A stretch of 64,000 bases of DNA from an uncultured Acidobacteriota bacterium (GCA_963713825.1 CAVQNG010000003.1:416001-480000), one strand, 5' to 3'. Positions 50,761 through 61,198 are shown, numbered from the stretch's first letter. Translations and numbers: made by a program. Notes: generated by a model from the letters alone, not told the origin.

Positions 50761-51282
50761 CTATCCGAGGATGCCGAGGAACTCATTCCACGGGCCGACC
50801 TCGACTTTGTACTGCCGAGCCATCACTTTGGCGATCTGCCCCAAGTGATTGAGGTCATGAGCGACCCAAGTAGCGAAAAGCTGTTTGAGGGTCACTGTGC
50901 CGAGATCTGGGTGGACGCCTGTCTTGTTGAGATCGGTTTCCGAGAGCTGCAGGCCACGGAGTCGATTGATGGACTGCTGCCGCCAATCGGCGAAGGTGTC
51001 GAGAAGCTCTTGCATGGTTTTCCCCTCGCTGTCGGCGATCATCGCGAATCGATCGAAGGGCTCGAACTGCCGTGTCTCCCGGTCAGAGAGGATGATCTCC
51101 GCGCGAGGGATCCAGTCAGTCTTCTCGCCATGGATGAGATGTCCCACGATGTCGAAGGGACTCCAAGTGTCCTCTCCATCGCTAGCGTGAACCCATTCCG
51201 GCGGCAGGTCGCCCAACCATGCTTGGAGGATTGAGGGGGTGGCCTCGAGGACTCTTATCGCCTTGTCGAGTTCGAATTCCAT
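50761..51282 (-). CDS. DinB/YfiT family protein
   Basis: WSPFDIVGHLIHGE, WVAHDLNHLGQI. Confidence 0.92.
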   Translation of the reverse strand: MEFELDKAIRVLEATPSILQAWLGDLPPEWVHASDGEDTWSPFDIVGHLIHGEKTDWIPRAEIILSDRETRQFEPFDRFAMIADSEGKTMQELLDTFADWRQQSINRLRGLQLSETDLNKTGVHPDLGTVTLKQLFATWVAHDLNHLGQIAKVMARQYKVEVGPWNEFLGILG

Positions 51283-51417
51283 GAAAGTCCCTCTTGGTAT
51301 GCGTCGTTAGTCTCGTCGATCATGGAGACCACGCTTGCTGTATCTTGCCTCTATCCTACGCCTTTGTCGGAGGGGCCCACTGAGGGTTCAGAACCCAACC
51401 TGAGGGTCCACCGAAAC

Positions 51418-51550
51418 GGACCAGGATGGACCACGGTCATTGAGTCACCGATTGATGTAGGGGCGGCCCTTGCGGCCGCCCGAGGGAAGAACACGCCCCT
51501 CCCCTGCATTTTGAGAGTCACAACACCTGACAACGAAACGACGGGGCTTC
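51418..51550 (+). repeat. Composite intergenic module, copy 5
   Basis: GGACCAGGATGGACCACGGTCATTGAGT, REP at 51456-51508, GTCACAACACCTGACAACGAAACGACGGGGCTT. Confidence 0.9.
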
Positions 51551-51701
51551 TCCGCATGCGGCTACTGCCCTCTGCCGGTTGCTCCAGGACCGCGAGCGAC
51601 TCCTGAGCTTCTTCGAGTTCCCAACTCCTCGCGCCCTTTCAATAGCAGGATTGTGGAGACACTCGCTTGACCTTTCACCCTCGAAGAGAGATCTTGGGGC
51701 C

Positions 51702-52541
51702 ATGTTCGACCAGCTCGAAACGATATTCCACCGACCGAAGACGTTCGAGTTCTACACCGCCAACGAGCTGTGGACCGACGAGCACACCTCAGCGCAGATG
51801 CTCACCTACCACCTCAACGAGGAAGTCGACCTCTCCTCCCGCAGCGGGGCGTTCATCGATCGCTCCGTGGAATGGATCGTCCCCCACTTTGGAGTGGGCA
51901 AGGGAACGAAGATCGCCGACTTCGGCTGCGGGCCCGGGCTGTACGCCACCCGATTGGCCCGACACGGGGCCGACGTCACCGGCATCGACTTCTCGAAACG
52001 CTCCATCGACCACGCCCGCAAGACGGCTGCGGCGGAGGGGCTGTCCATTCGCTACATCAACGAGAGCTACCTCGAGTTGGAGCTGGACGATCGCTTCGAC
52101 CTGGTCACGATGATCATGTGCGACTTCTGTGCGCTCAGCCCCGAGCAACGGCGCACCATGCTCCGCAAGTTCCATGGACTGCTCGCGCCGGGGGGCGCGG
52201 TGCTGCTCGACGTCTACTCCCTGGCCGCCTTTGCCGGGCGCAAGGAGCTGGCCACCTGCGAGATAGATCTCCTAGACGGCTTCTGGTCGCCGCACCGCTA
52301 TTACGGCTTCCTCAACACCTTCAAGTATGACGAGGAGAAGGTGGTCCTCGACAAGTTCACCATTGTCGAAGAGGCGCGCACCCGCACCATCTACAACTGG
52401 CTGCAGTACTTCAGCCCCGAGGCTCTCGAGCAGGAGCTCAACGGCTGCGGCCTCGACGTCGAGAAACGCTACGCGGATGTGGCCGGCTCGACGTACAAGC
52501 CCGAACACACCGAGTTCGCGGTGGTGGCCCGCAAGCAGTAG
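51702..52541 (+). CDS. Class I SAM-dependent methyltransferase
   Basis: ADFGCGPGLY, VTGIDFS, LAPGGAVLLDV. Confidence 0.92.
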   Translation: MFDQLETIFHRPKTFEFYTANELWTDEHTSAQMLTYHLNEEVDLSSRSGAFIDRSVEWIVPHFGVGKGTKIADFGCGPGLYATRLARHGADVTGIDFSKRSIDHARKTAAAEGLSIRYINESYLELELDDRFDLVTMIMCDFCALSPEQRRTMLRKFHGLLAPGGAVLLDVYSLAAFAGRKELATCEIDLLDGFWSPHRYYGFLNTFKYDEEKVVLDKFTIVEEARTRTIYNWLQYFSPEALEQELNGCGLDVEKRYADVAGSTYKPEHTEFAVVARKQ

Positions 52542-52600
52542 GACAGGGGCTCCGAAATACCTCTTCTGGCCACGTAGACTTATCGGAAGGACTTATCCGT

Positions 52601-52755
52601 GACTCACGGACATTGAGTGAACTCTCGGTGCAGGGCCGGCCCTCACGGCCGCCCGCGGGAGGGGGCAAGCCCCCTCCCCTTCATGCTGAAAGTCACATCA
52701 GCTGACCACTATGCGACGGCGCCTCTCGGGCAGAGGGGATTGTCGTGGTCGCCGC
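52601..52755 (+). repeat. Composite intergenic module, copy 6 (diverged)
   Basis: CACGGACATTGAGTGAACTCTCGGTG, REP, GTCACATCAGCTGACCACTATGCGACGG..CAGAGGGGATTGTCGTGGTCG. Confidence 0.85.
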
Positions 52756-52882
52756 CAACTTCCGTACACCGGTGTGCTTGCCGTCGCAGAGCGATCGCAA
52801 CTACACTAGCGGCAAGCTATTCCGTAAGTAGCAGCGGTGGGACAGATCGAGGCTGAGTCACGGTCTCGATATCGGTTTCCGC

Positions 52883-52913
52883 ACATCCGTACATCCGTAC
52901 ATCCGTACATCCG
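52883..52913. repeat. 8-bp tandem repeat (ACATCCGT) x4
   Basis: Directly abuts the GGAGGAGG RBS of the next gene. Confidence 0.9.
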
Positions 52914-52927
52914 GAGGAGGAGAGAGT

Positions 52928-53695
52928 ATGTTGACAAGAACAGTTGGAATCGTGGCACTGATGGGCGTTCTGGTAGTGCCGATATCGGCCCGGGCGCAGG
53001 AGGAGGAAGCGGTCAGACCGTTCGTCTACGCAACCTATTTCGAATGTGACGTCGCCGACCAGGAGTTGGCCGACATGCTGGTCGAGTCGGTCCAGGCGCC
53101 AATCTATGACGCTGCGGTGGAGGACGGTACGATTTCCGCCTGGGGCTGGATGTCGCATCACACCGGCGGCAAGTGGCGCCGGGCGCTCTACTACATGGCA
53201 CCTACCACCGACGCTCTGTTGGCGGCGCAGAAGACTATTGCCGGACGGGTCGATGAGTCGAACTCGCAGGCCGCCGCCCGCTTCACGCGGATCTGCGGTG
53301 CCCATGAAGACTACATCTGGCGCTCGCTGGCCGCTAGCGGTGGAGCGGACAACATCGACGACGCCACCAATCCTGGCGACGCCGGGATCTCTCAGTACAT
53401 GGTCTGCAAGATGTCGGAGCAGAAGCGAGCAGACGAGATCGTCGAGGCGGTTCTCGGCCCAGTCTACGACGCACAGATCGCGGCGGGTAATCTCGTCAGT
53501 TGGGGTTGGCTCGGACATCAGGTCGGCGGCGAGTACCGACGCTTGTTCACCCTGAGGGGCCAGGATCACCCGAGCCTGCTCGAAACCTGGGGTACGGCCA
53601 TCAACGAGCTTGAGAAGAACCACGCGGCCGAGATCAACGAGTTCGACGAGATCTGCTATACCCACCAGGATTACATGTGGAACATCGTGCACTGA
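52928..53695 (+). CDS. Exported hypothetical protein with an internal two-fold repeat
   Basis: Signal peptide; both halves share P.YDA..G...WGW..H..GG..RR and IC..H.DY.W. Confidence 0.85.
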   Translation: MLTRTVGIVALMGVLVVPISARAQEEEAVRPFVYATYFECDVADQELADMLVESVQAPIYDAAVEDGTISAWGWMSHHTGGKWRRALYYMAPTTDALLAAQKTIAGRVDESNSQAAARFTRICGAHEDYIWRSLAASGGADNIDDATNPGDAGISQYMVCKMSEQKRADEIVEAVLGPVYDAQIAAGNLVSWGWLGHQVGGEYRRLFTLRGQDHPSLLETWGTAINELEKNHAAEINEFDEICYTHQDYMWNIVH

Positions 53696-53768
53696 TCACC
53701 GTGGAGATCGCTCGCTTCACGATCGAGAGCTGCCGGCCAGGGGCTCGTGGCCCAACCGGCGGGGTTCA

Positions 53769-55073
53769 TCATCCGGCGGGATCGACGATCATCGCGCGGC
53801 CAACCTGAGCGGGATCAGCAGGCGTTCCACCAGCCGGCCGCCGTGGGAGTCGACCAAGAACGACAAGGCTCAATGCCACGGTTAGCATCGCTCCGACGCA
53901 CCAAGCCCACGAGATCGACCAACGTTGCGCCACCGTGCCCATCACCAGGGAGCCGAGCGGGAAGAACGAGCCGAACACGAAGGCCCAGATGCCCATTACG
54001 CGGCCGCGTAGCTCGTCGGGCACGCTCTCCTGGACCAGCCCGTTCGCGGTGGCCATGAAGCCGACCTGGCAGAAGCCGGCGCCGACGAGGAGCGGGACGG
54101 CCACGTACACCTTGGAGCTGAGCCCGAGGAGGAAGACGGCAATCGCGCCGGCCCATACGAGCCCGAACACGACGTAGCGATTCGAGCGCCGCGCTCTCAC
54201 CTGTCCCGCAACCCAGAGCGCACCGATGAGGGCGCCCAGGCCGGGTGCCGCCATGAGCAGCGAGTACCCGCTCTCGTTCATGCCCAAATGGTCCTTCGCA
54301 TAGGCCGGCATCTGGGTCTGGTAGGTCCACGTGAAGACAAGCGTGATGGCGAGGAGCAGCATCAACGTGCGCGTGCGGCGATGGCCGTGCACGTAGCGAA
54401 CGCCCTCGAGAAGCTCCTTGATTGGACCCGCGTGCACGCGCTCCGCGTTCGTGGACTCGAGCCGGATGCCAGCGAGTGCGATCACCATGATCAGATTCAT
54501 GGCGGCCGCGATGATGAAGCAGGGGCCCACGCCCAACAGCCACAGGAGCGGCGCGCCGAGGGCGGGGCCCACCACGCGAGCGACGTTGAACCCCGCGCTG
54601 TTGAGCGCGATCGCGTTCCTGAGATCGGTCCGACCAGCCAGGTTGCTGACGAAGGCGTTCCGCACCGGGATCTCTACTGCCCGCGCGGCACCGATGAGGA
54701 TAGCGGCAGCGAACACATGGCCGATCAGCACGTGCTCAGTCAGCACCAGGATGCCAAGCACCACATTTGCCGTAATGGCGACCCACGGCAGTGCCATGAG
54801 GAGCTTGCGCCGATCGACGCGATCGGCCAGGACGCCACCGAAGGGGCTGAGGACCAGGAGCGGTAGGAGCCCCGCCGCCGTGACGTAGCCCAGGGTGTCG
54901 CGTCGGCCCGTCAGCTCGTAGACGAGCCAGCCCTGAACGATGACCCGGATCCAGAATCCGAGCAGGGAGAGGACGTGGCCGACGAAGTACCGGCGAAACG
55001 CGGGCCGCCTCAGGGAAGCGAACGTGGCGCGGACGAGCCCGTCCTCATCGGCCCCCGCACCCTCCGTTCTCAT
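53769..55073 (-). CDS. MFS transporter (MFS_3-like)
   Basis: FRRYFVG, GGVLADRVDRRKL, NAIALNS..ARVVGPA, VPDELRGRVMG. Confidence 0.92.
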   Translation of the reverse strand: MRTEGAGADEDGLVRATFASLRRPAFRRYFVGHVLSLLGFWIRVIVQGWLVYELTGRRDTLGYVTAAGLLPLLVLSPFGGVLADRVDRRKLLMALPWVAITANVVLGILVLTEHVLIGHVFAAAILIGAARAVEIPVRNAFVSNLAGRTDLRNAIALNSAGFNVARVVGPALGAPLLWLLGVGPCFIIAAAMNLIMVIALAGIRLESTNAERVHAGPIKELLEGVRYVHGHRRTRTLMLLLAITLVFTWTYQTQMPAYAKDHLGMNESGYSLLMAAPGLGALIGALWVAGQVRARRSNRYVVFGLVWAGAIAVFLLGLSSKVYVAVPLLVGAGFCQVGFMATANGLVQESVPDELRGRVMGIWAFVFGSFFPLGSLVMGTVAQRWSISWAWCVGAMLTVALSLVVLGRLPRRPAGGTPADPAQVGRAMIVDPAG

Positions 55074-55531
55074 GCGTCCCCCTCGAGGTCCTGTGCGGGC
55101 TCCTTGGACTTCTTCCAACCAGCCATCTCGGCATCGTGCTGAACGTAGTCCGTGGCATGTACGGCCGTAAGGAGCTGAACCGATGCCAACTTCTCGATGG
55201 GCACCACGGTGTGGTCGAGATTCGCTTCGACTTCCGCGGCCTTGTTCTCGAACATCGCTCTGCTGTCCAGCTTCTTGCCATAGGGAGCTTCCGGCTCGCC
55301 CAGATGAAGAGGAATGCCTTGCGCCGCGATAAATTCGCAAAGGTCCGAGTACTCTTCCTTCAACCTCTCGAGCGCTCCGTAACGCTCATCCACCGTCAGA
55401 AAGTCCGGGTAATCGGGCATGGAAGAGACGACCTCTCGAAACAGCTCTTCCCTGTTTACCTGTGGCTGGAGATCCGCGCAAGCACAGAGACTCCAACAGA
55501 TCCAAACCGCGACTGGCCCTCTCGCTCTCAT
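55070..55531 (-). CDS. Hypothetical protein, possible lipoprotein
   Basis: LCAC lipobox-like motif; ATGA overlap with the MFS gene. Start uncertain. Confidence 0.55.
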   Translation of the reverse strand: MRARGPVAVWICWSLCACADLQPQVNREELFREVVSSMPDYPDFLTVDERYGALERLKEEYSDLCEFIAAQGIPLHLGEPEAPYGKKLDSRAMFENKAAEVEANLDHTVVPIEKLASVQLLTAVHATDYVQHDAEMAGWKKSKEPAQDLEGDA

Positions 55532-55607
55532 TTCGCTTGGACTTCCTCTCTCGCTGTCCTGACCCATCAAGGTGTTGGTTCCACCCATTATGTTAGGAAA
55601 CCGCTCG

Positions 55608-55727
55608 TGGCCGAGGGGTGGAATTCGAGCACGGATGGGCAGGCCTGGGGGTGCAGTGAAGCCGACTCCTGATGTAGGGGAGCCCCTTGCGGGCTCCCTC
55701 GGGAGGGGGCAAGCCCCTCCCCTTGTA
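55608..55727 (+). repeat. Composite intergenic module, copy 7 (tRNA-Ser stub, insert, REP)
   Basis: TGGCCGAGGGGTGGAATTCG, then CACGGATGGGCAGGC..TGCAGTGAAGCCGACTCCTGAT, then GTAGGGGAGCCCCTTGCGGGCTCCC..GCAAGCCCCTCCCC. Confidence 0.85.
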
Positions 55728-55874
55728 TCTCTATCTCCTCAGAAGATAGAGAGCCCAGTGGTACGGAGGGCTCTCCTGGTCAAGAGGCAGCGGAGATCAG
55801 ACGCTGCTCCCTCCCGACGGCCGTAGAACCTGAGCGAGTAGATAAGCGCCCCCGCCGACGCCTCAGGGTCAAGC

Positions 55875-57143
55875 TCAGGGCTCCAGCACGATCCGCCCGG
55901 CCTGCATCACAAAACGGACCTCGCGGAGACGGGAGATATCCTCAGAGGGGTCGCCGTCGACGGCCACCAAGTCGGCTTGCAGACCGGGCAGCACGGAACC
56001 GATCTGCTCTTCGAGGTGCAAGATGCGTGCATTGACCGAGGTGGCAGCCCGGAGCGCTTCGAGCGGGCTCATTCCGTAGCTCACCATCAACTGCAGCTCG
56101 AGCCAGTTGTCACCATGTCGAAAGACTCCTGCATCGCTCCCGGCGCAGAGGATCACCCCAGCATCGAGCGCAGCCCGAAAACTCTCTCGACTGGCGCGCA
56201 TCCTCTCGGGCTCCTCATCGACCTCCGCGTCCCAGCCCTCATAGCGAGACACGGCCTCCGTCGCAGCCAGTGTAGGGCAGAGGGCGACCCCCTTTTCCGC
56301 CATGAGACGAAAGACCTCGGGAGTTCCACCATCGCCGTGCTCGATGGTCTCGACGCCCGCCAGCGTGGCTCTGCGCATGCCTTCGGGCGTGCTCGCATGA
56401 GCTACCACGGGCCTGCCACTGCTTCGGGCAGTCTCCACTACGAGCTCTAGCTCGGCCTGCGAGAAGGTGGGAAAACTCGCGCCCTCGGGTCCCCAGCGAT
56501 AGTCGGCATAGATCTTGATCCAGTCGGCACCCTTGCCGATCTGATCACGAACGACCCGGATCAGCGCATCGACGCCGTCGGCTGGTTCAGCGCCCAAGGG
56601 AACCTCGAAAGAGGGCGCGAAGCCCTTGGGACCATAACTGCCGGTTGCGACGATGGCTCGTGTCGCTACCAGAAACCGGGGACCGTCGATGACGCCCTTC
56701 TCGATGGCCCGCTTGAGACCCACGTCCGCATATCCTGCCCCTTCGGTTCCGAGATCGCGAACGGTGGTGAAGCCGGCCAGCAGTGTGTCGCGGGCATGAA
56801 CCGTGGCACGGGCGACACGCTCGGCCTCGGATTCCTTGAGCACCTGATCGTTCCAGGAGGTCTCGTTGTAGGGGTGGAGAAAGAGATGAGCGTGCCCCTC
56901 GATCAATCCAGGCAAGAGAGTCGTGCCCGGCAACTCGACGATCCGGGCATCCGTTGGAGGACGAATCTCTGCCATCGGTCCCACGCCCTCGATCCGCTCC
57001 CCGCGAACTAGCACCGCCCAGCCAGCGTGAACCTCCTGACCATCGAACACCCTTGCCGGGCGCAGAAGGTAGGTGTCCTCGAACTGAGCAGTAGCCAGAC
57101 CGGCTTCGAAGAGTAGCGCCAGCAGTAGGAGGAGTCGCGTCAT
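55875..57143 (-). CDS. Metal-dependent amidohydrolase (Xaa-Pro dipeptidase-like) with signal peptide
   Basis: PGLIEGHAH, GFTTVRDLG, WIKIY, VVAHA, IEHG, AGSDAG. Confidence 0.92.
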   Translation of the reverse strand: MTRLLLLLALLFEAGLATAQFEDTYLLRPARVFDGQEVHAGWAVLVRGERIEGVGPMAEIRPPTDARIVELPGTTLLPGLIEGHAHLFLHPYNETSWNDQVLKESEAERVARATVHARDTLLAGFTTVRDLGTEGAGYADVGLKRAIEKGVIDGPRFLVATRAIVATGSYGPKGFAPSFEVPLGAEPADGVDALIRVVRDQIGKGADWIKIYADYRWGPEGASFPTFSQAELELVVETARSSGRPVVAHASTPEGMRRATLAGVETIEHGDGGTPEVFRLMAEKGVALCPTLAATEAVSRYEGWDAEVDEEPERMRASRESFRAALDAGVILCAGSDAGVFRHGDNWLELQLMVSYGMSPLEALRAATSVNARILHLEEQIGSVLPGLQADLVAVDGDPSEDISRLREVRFVMQAGRIVLEP

Positions 57144-57374
57144 GCCGCGAGAGGTCGGTCTTCGATCAACGCAGTTGCTTTTTCCGGCTCTCATCCTAGC
57201 ATCGCCTGGGCAGTCTGATCGGGCAATCCGGGCATGACCCGCGTCAGGTCTGGTGCAAGGTCTCCTTGCAGGTGCCGTACCGCTTCCCTCTCTCACCAGA
57301 CTCGATAGGTGATGCGCATCACCGACCCAATCGTGCTGAAAGAGCGCAAAAAGCTCAGGAACCTCGATCCATCC

Positions 57375-58064
57375 TCAGCTTTGCCGTTCAAGCGCTGCGA
57401 GAACGAGCTTTGCCACCGCCTCTGATGAGGCCGGGTTTTGACCGGTGATGAGATTGCCGTCCTGGCGTGTGTAGGACTGCCAGTCGTCAACTTTCGAGTA
57501 CTTGGCACCCCGAGCGATCATCGTGTCCTCTACGAGGAGAGGAACAACCTTGGTGAGGCCTGCAGCTTCCTCTTCCGAGTTCGTGAAGCCCGTCACTTCT
57601 CGCCCTTTCACAATGTGTTCACCGTTTTCGTCCTTGGCATTGACGAGAGCAATCGGCGCATGGCACACGGCGGATACAGGCTTGTTGCCTGCCCAGAAGT
57701 CTTCGATCAGCCGGATGGACTCTTCGTCTTCGACGAGGTCCCAGAGGGGACCGTGTCCTCCGGGGTAAAAGACCGCATCAAAGTCTCGGGCCGAAAGCGA
57801 GTCCAGCCTAGCGGTGGCGGCAAGCTCGGCATTTGCAGCGCTGTCAGCCTTGAACCGACGAGTAGCCTCGGTCTGTGCGTCGGGGTCGTCGCTCTTGGGG
57901 TCGAGCGGCGGCTGCCCGCCTTCTGGGGAAGCCAGTGTGACCTCGGCTCCTGCGTCCTTGAACACGTAGTAGGGAGCAGCAAGCTCTTCCAGCCAGAAAC
58001 CCGTGGGGTGCCCCGTGTCTCCGAGCTGGTTGTGTGATGTGAGTACGACAAGGATATTGGCCAT
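57375..58064 (-). CDS. DJ-1/PfpI family protein (Hsp31-like)
   Basis: TGFWLEE, YPGGHGPLWDL, AVCHAP, ITGQNPASS. Confidence 0.95.
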   Translation of the reverse strand: MANILVVLTSHNQLGDTGHPTGFWLEELAAPYYVFKDAGAEVTLASPEGGQPPLDPKSDDPDAQTEATRRFKADSAANAELAATARLDSLSARDFDAVFYPGGHGPLWDLVEDEESIRLIEDFWAGNKPVSAVCHAPIALVNAKDENGEHIVKGREVTGFTNSEEEAAGLTKVVPLLVEDTMIARGAKYSKVDDWQSYTRQDGNLITGQNPASSEAVAKLVLAALERQS

Positions 58065-58242
58065 GCTTTTTCTCCAGCTTGTCTAGGTTTGAGTGTTGAT
58101 GCCGGGCTAAAGGCCGAGCAACAAGGAGGACACATTATGCGCAATGTTGATGAACTGCACCAGCCCAAGAATGTCGGCAGGGCTCGATTGAACTCGCTAC
58201 CCACCATGCCGCGTCGCATTGCGGTGCATCGAAGGTGGCCCG

Positions 58243-59040
58243 TCAGAGATCAATCCTGCGAGGCGGCCACGGAAAGAAAGCGCTCGTGCGACGCACGTAG
58301 TCACGATACTTCGGCTTGGTGTCACCGAGTCCTCTCTCGAGCAGAGCGACTCCGGAGACCTTGACGATCAGCAGATTCATCAGCAGGGGGCTGACGAGTG
58401 TCCAGGACGACGCGGGCGTCGACAGCGCAAAGCACCCAAAGCCCCACCACAGCGTCGCATCGCCAAAGTAGTTGGGGTGGCGGGTATAGCGCCACAGTCC
58501 TCGATCCATGACCTCGCCCTTGTTGGCCGGGTTGGCCTTGAACCGGGCTAGCTGGAAGTCGCCGACGGCTTCGAAGAAGAAGCCTATGGCGAACAGAGTC
58601 AGACCGAGTAGGTCGAGCCATGACCATCCTGACGGCTGTCGCGACACCTGCACCTGCAGAAGGGGCATGCCGACCACCCAGAAGAGAAACCCCTGCAACC
58701 AGAAGACGATGACCAGAGACCACAGCGGAAAGGCGGCGCCCCACTTCTCGCGCATCGCCGCATAGCGGTAGTCCTCGCCGTGCCCACGATTGCGCCAGAG
58801 GATGTAGATCGAGAGCCGCAGACCCCAAAGCGTAACCAGCAAGGGGACCAGCGTCTGCCTGAAGGAGTCGACCGGCACACGGCTACGGTAGAACCAAGCG
58901 AGCGTGACGAAGCCAAGGCCCCAGAAGATGTCGATAATCGACGCGTCCCGCTTGGCGAGACTCGCCAGCCAGACGGCCGTGGTGAGGCCGACGGCGACCG
59001 CGAGGCCCGGCCAGGCAAGGGCCGTGATCTGCTCGATCAT
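58243..59040 (-). CDS. DUF1295 (steroid 5-alpha reductase-like) membrane protein
   Basis: IIDIFWG, EDYRY, GLWRYTRHPNYFG, RTSAFFPWPP. Confidence 0.92.
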   Translation of the reverse strand: MIEQITALAWPGLAVAVGLTTAVWLASLAKRDASIIDIFWGLGFVTLAWFYRSRVPVDSFRQTLVPLLVTLWGLRLSIYILWRNRGHGEDYRYAAMREKWGAAFPLWSLVIVFWLQGFLFWVVGMPLLQVQVSRQPSGWSWLDLLGLTLFAIGFFFEAVGDFQLARFKANPANKGEVMDRGLWRYTRHPNYFGDATLWWGFGCFALSTPASSWTLVSPLLMNLLIVKVSGVALLERGLGDTKPKYRDYVRRTSAFFPWPPRRIDL

Positions 59041-59312
59041 GAGGGACCGCCCCTCTCGCCGCGTGTCCAAAGGGTGTGCGAAGCAAACCACTCCTCGCCC
59101 TGCCTATAGCTGAAGCGCTCGGTGCAAGCCAGGAAGAATACGCGCCAGCGGTGGAACCAGCGCTCGGCCTCGGTCCCGTAGACGGGCTTCAAAATCGCCC
59201 GAATGGTCTCACTGTGACGATCCATGTTCTCGAGCCAGGCGAGAGCGATTCTCTCATAGTGCTTGCCGTCGAGGCGCCACTGCTGATCGAGTCGGACAGG
59301 CCCTGCGAATTG
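59037..59312 (-). pseudogene. 3' remnant of a cyclopropane-fatty-acid-synthase-like SAM methyltransferase
   Basis: WRLDGKHYERIALAWLENMD..RWRVFFLACTERF..GEEW; ATGA-coupled to DUF1295, with its 5' part replaced by the NUDIX gene. Confidence 0.8.
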
Positions 59313-59314
59313 CT

Positions 59315-59872
59315 CTAGATCTCGAAGCCGGCCTGCTTGCTGGCGACTTCGAAGAGGTAGAAAGCCGCAATCACCAGGGCATGAGAGATCTGACCTGTCT
59401 GGATTCGCTGCGGTATCTCGTCGAGCGGCACCAGCTCGCGCTCAATCTCCTCGCCGTCCACCCCGAAAAGGGTCTGATTGACATCAATCGCTTCGAGGTC
59501 GGTCGCCAGCCACGTGGTGAGCCGGTTGTCGAGGAAGGCAGGGTTCGGATGGCTGCAGCCAAGCTGTCGCAACTTGCCAGCGCGAAGCCCCGTCTCTTCC
59601 TCCAGCTCTCTGGCCGCCGCCGTCCGGATGTCCTCGCCCGGATCGACCATGCCGCCCGGAATCTCCAGCGTCGGTGCCTGGATTCCGTATCGCCACTGAC
59701 GGATCAGCACGACCCTGCGGCCCTCGAGCAGCGGGATGACGTTGATCCACTCGGGCGCATCCATCACCAGCACTGTACGGCGCTGGTCTCCGGACGCGAG
59801 CTCCCGGCGCTGCAGCTCGAGGATGCGATGGGAGTGGAGAATCTCGGTCTCGAGGATCTTCCAGTCACGCAT
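59315..59872 (-). CDS. NUDIX hydrolase (ADP-ribose pyrophosphatase-like)
   Basis: RQWRY, EIPGGMVDPGE..AARELEEETG Nudix box. Confidence 0.93.
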   Translation of the reverse strand: MRDWKILETEILHSHRILELQRRELASGDQRRTVLVMDAPEWINVIPLLEGRRVVLIRQWRYGIQAPTLEIPGGMVDPGEDIRTAAARELEEETGLRAGKLRQLGCSHPNPAFLDNRLTTWLATDLEAIDVNQTLFGVDGEEIERELVPLDEIPQRIQTGQISHALVIAAFYLFEVASKQAGFEI

Positions 59873-60076
59873 GGACGCGAGCCTATCTCGCTTAGAGTGT
59901 CGAATCGAGTCTCGGCCGCAGCAGGCGACGAGCCGTGTTCACCGACCGAGGACTGTTCGTCGCCAGAGCTGATGAGATAATGAAGCGCTGAGAGCCGCGT
60001 CGTGGAGGCGAATGGCGGATGAGAATCGTCGCGGCTGTAAAATCGGGGACTCTCTTATCGAAAGCCGGAGGTGGAG

Positions 60077-60529
60077 ATGGCTATCAGGCGGATCAAGTAC
60101 ATCAGTCGGTTCTCGAGACCTCTCGAGGCGAGCGACATCGAGCAGATCGGAGAGGTCAGCCGAGTCAACAACGCCGAGCGTGGCATCACGGGACTACTCA
60201 TGACGAGTGGGGGTCTCTTCCTGCAGATTCTCGAAGGTCCTCCTCCGGCGGTCGAGACTCTCTGGAAGACCATCGTTGTGGATGAGCGTCACAAGGACGT
60301 TCTGCTGCTCAGTGACGAGACGGTCGATCGCCGGCTGTTTCCCGACTGGGCGATGAAAACGATTTCGCTCCGATCGTCGACCGCCGGTCGACTGGCCCCT
60401 GTTCACACCATGGTCGAAGCGATCAGTGCGCAGCGCGAGGTCATCGACCGGCTCCTCGGCTCGATCGAACGCGCAGTTTGGGAAGAATACGTCCACGGCG
60501 GTCAGCGGACCGAGACAGTGGACGAGTAG
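60077..60529 (+). CDS. Short BLUF-domain blue-light sensor
   Basis: KYIS, SRVNN..ITGLL, FLQILEG, DERH, RLFPDWAM: conserved Tyr, Gln, Trp and Met present. Confidence 0.93.
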   Translation: MAIRRIKYISRFSRPLEASDIEQIGEVSRVNNAERGITGLLMTSGGLFLQILEGPPPAVETLWKTIVVDERHKDVLLLSDETVDRRLFPDWAMKTISLRSSTAGRLAPVHTMVEAISAQREVIDRLLGSIERAVWEEYVHGGQRTETVDE

Positions 60530-60708
60530 ACGATGGCTGAGCCCGAGCCGATGAAGAGGACTTGCACTGGAGAGGCAGTTGACCGAGTCTCGACATATCG
60601 CTTGTCCAAGCTGCTCCAAGGTGAACCGAGTTGCCGCCGTGAGGTTGGGTTAGGATCATTGCTGTGGTGTCTGCAAGAAGCCACTGTAACCTCGTGGAGG
60701 AGGAGCTG

Positions 60709-61083
60709 ATGAGGGAACTCTCGATCTTGATTCAACTGGTCATCGCGTTGGGGATCGTGAATGTGTGGATTCTTCGCCCGGGCAAGCCGACCCCATGGCG
60801 GCCGGACGGCGCGTCCAACATGAAGGAGGAGTTCAGCAAGTACGGTCTCCCAGACTGGGTCCGCAGTGCGGTCGGCTTCGCCAAGCTGACCCTGGCAGTG
60901 CTGCTCGTCGTAGGCATCTGGTATCCACCCGTGGCGGCAGGAGCCGCTGCCGCAATGGCGTTGCTGATGCTCGCGGCCGTGATCGCTCACGTCCGAGCGG
61001 GGGATCCGCCCCAAAAATCGCTTCCGGCCTTCACGATGCTCTTGCTCTCGGCGTTCGTTGCCTACGCGAACGGTCTTTCCTAG
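60709..61083 (+). CDS. DoxX-like membrane protein
   Basis: NVWILR, MKEEFSKYGLP, AVIAHVRAGDP..KSLPA. Confidence 0.88.
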   Translation: MRELSILIQLVIALGIVNVWILRPGKPTPWRPDGASNMKEEFSKYGLPDWVRSAVGFAKLTLAVLLVVGIWYPPVAAGAAAAMALLMLAAVIAHVRAGDPPQKSLPAFTMLLLSAFVAYANGLS

Positions 61084-61198
61084 AGGACAGAGCCGCAATC
61101 CGAGGCTGCTCGCCCGAGTCGACCAGACCGCCAGGAATCTCGAGTAGCCCAAGGTGTGCCGCAGCACCCCCCAAAGTCCACAGAAATGCACCACCCGT

